DNA of 64,000 nucleotides from Balanoglossus misakiensis. Lineage: Eukaryota > Animalia > Hemichordata. The notes beneath the pieces are model-generated. The model searched no databases. It saw only the letters and a program-made list of their open reading frames with translations, and had not been told where the DNA came from. The stretch is from positions 5,161,097-5,225,096 of the forward strand of contig CM082598.2 in assembly GCA_040954595.2 (NCBI GenBank), in the 5' to 3' direction. Of this stretch, positions 62,701 through 64,000 are shown piece after piece; position 1 is the first letter of the stretch, and each line of letters begins with the position of its first letter. Position numbers and translations under genes: made by a program.

Positions 62701-62965
62701 TTAGAAGGACAAAGTCTCTCTCTCGCTGTCCTTCCATCCTGTTTGTAGGATATGAGAGTAAAAATCTCGCCAAAATGAATAAACGGTAGAGACCGATTAT
62801 TCATCTTGGCGAGTTTTTCACTCTTGTGTCTACAAACGGGATGGAAGGTGTGTGTGGTTGAACGTTGATCACTATATATCCACATGTAGAATAATATAAA
62901 CGGTGTCTTGTATCAAATATAATTAATGGAAAAAGGCTGGCAAAAGAGAGACTTTGTCCCTTTAA
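62701..62965. mobile_element. Kolobok-type palindromic MITE, internally deleted
   Basis: Both termini present; another fragment at about 63943-64000. Confidence 0.75.
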
Positions 62966-64000
62966 CGAATCTGTCGTGTTTCACTCCACACACTGAGGGT
63001 GCCACTTATCAGCTACAATGGTGTATGGGAGCTAACACCCACAGTTATATTTATAAGCCAGCTTTTCCTTTAAGGAAGCCCCAGTTCTTAATGTTGATAT
63101 TGAATCGTTACACTGTGAGAAGTTACACCCTGCAGTAATTTCTCCAGGGTCTATGGTGGAAGCTTCGAGTTTTCTCCATTGAACCACTTTTGAAGTGGGG
63201 ACTGTTCCGTTCATATTTTATACGACATACATGTATAGGCAGTCGGCCTAGTTAGATTGCTGGAAATTGTCAACAACCCAAACACATTAATCAGTATCCA
63301 TATACACGACGTGCACTAAGCAGTATCAAACAATAAACGTGGATTTTATAAGTTGTAAGAAAATTCTTTTATTATACTGAATAATTCACGTCTGGTAAAT
63401 AATCCAAAATGAAATGTTTATAGTCAAAATATAACATACATGTACATGAACATAACTAAATAATTGACGTATGATAAATAATGCCCAATTGAACGTTTAT
63501 GATTCGTACTCAAATTAATCAATAATCAATCAATCAATTCTGCAGTCAATTGTTTTCATGGATTCGACAAGTACAACAGGTGTTAATGCTTATCCAATCC
63601 CATATATATTGGTTTTTCTCCTCGGACCACACGTATGCTACGTTCCATGATGGTTTGGCCAGACAGCTAGATGAATACCTGCGAAGGAATGGAAACAATA
63701 TTTGACTATAATAGCTCTATGTAAATATAAATATGTCTCTCTGCCTGCCTGTATGTTTGTTTGTTTGTTCATTGTGGCCACTCGCGATCGCATGAATATA
63801 TCTCAGTGCTTATTGGGCCAACGTCGGTGTCACTTTGATGCAGTGCCTGTGTTATCAGTTTTCTGGTCTTTATACTGAATAATGTAGTTGATCAGTTGTC
63901 ATATATTCTCGCAGCTGCGGATAGCGATGGTTGCACATACTTAACTCGCCAAAATGAATAATCAGTGTTTACCATTTATTCATTTTGGTTGGATTTTTAC

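Overview
Eukaryotic, repeat-rich, intron-containing DNA from an animal, probably a marine invertebrate deuterostome (inferred from the protein sequences and repeat types; the species cannot be determined here). Manual splicing (all introns GT..AG, frame-consistent) gives four protein-coding genes. (1) The 3' part of a divergent centrin-like EF-hand gene (+, 1310-3994) with two micro-exons. (2) A complete rapsyn/RAPSN orthologue (-, 12843-6224, 6 coding exons, 412 aa). (3) A six-exon prepro-neurotrophin-like (NGF-family cystine-knot) gene, head-to-head with rapsyn (+, 17194-28132, 245 aa). (4) A second, divergent four-exon neurotrophin-like gene in tandem (+, 42196-52569, 200 aa, with an extra Cys). 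A possible decayed third paralogue lies at about 59.6-62.5 kb. The ORF track shows only fragments of the neurotrophin-like genes. The rest of the window is microsatellites, TTAA-flanked (Kolobok-type) and TWA-flanked (Harbinger-type) MITEs, a dispersed element carrying a 62-bp tandem array, hairpin-ended elements (one retaining a Crypton-like tyrosine-recombinase fragment), and decayed hAT/LINE pieces. The most notable system is the rapsyn-linked tandem cluster of intron-rich invertebrate neurotrophins.
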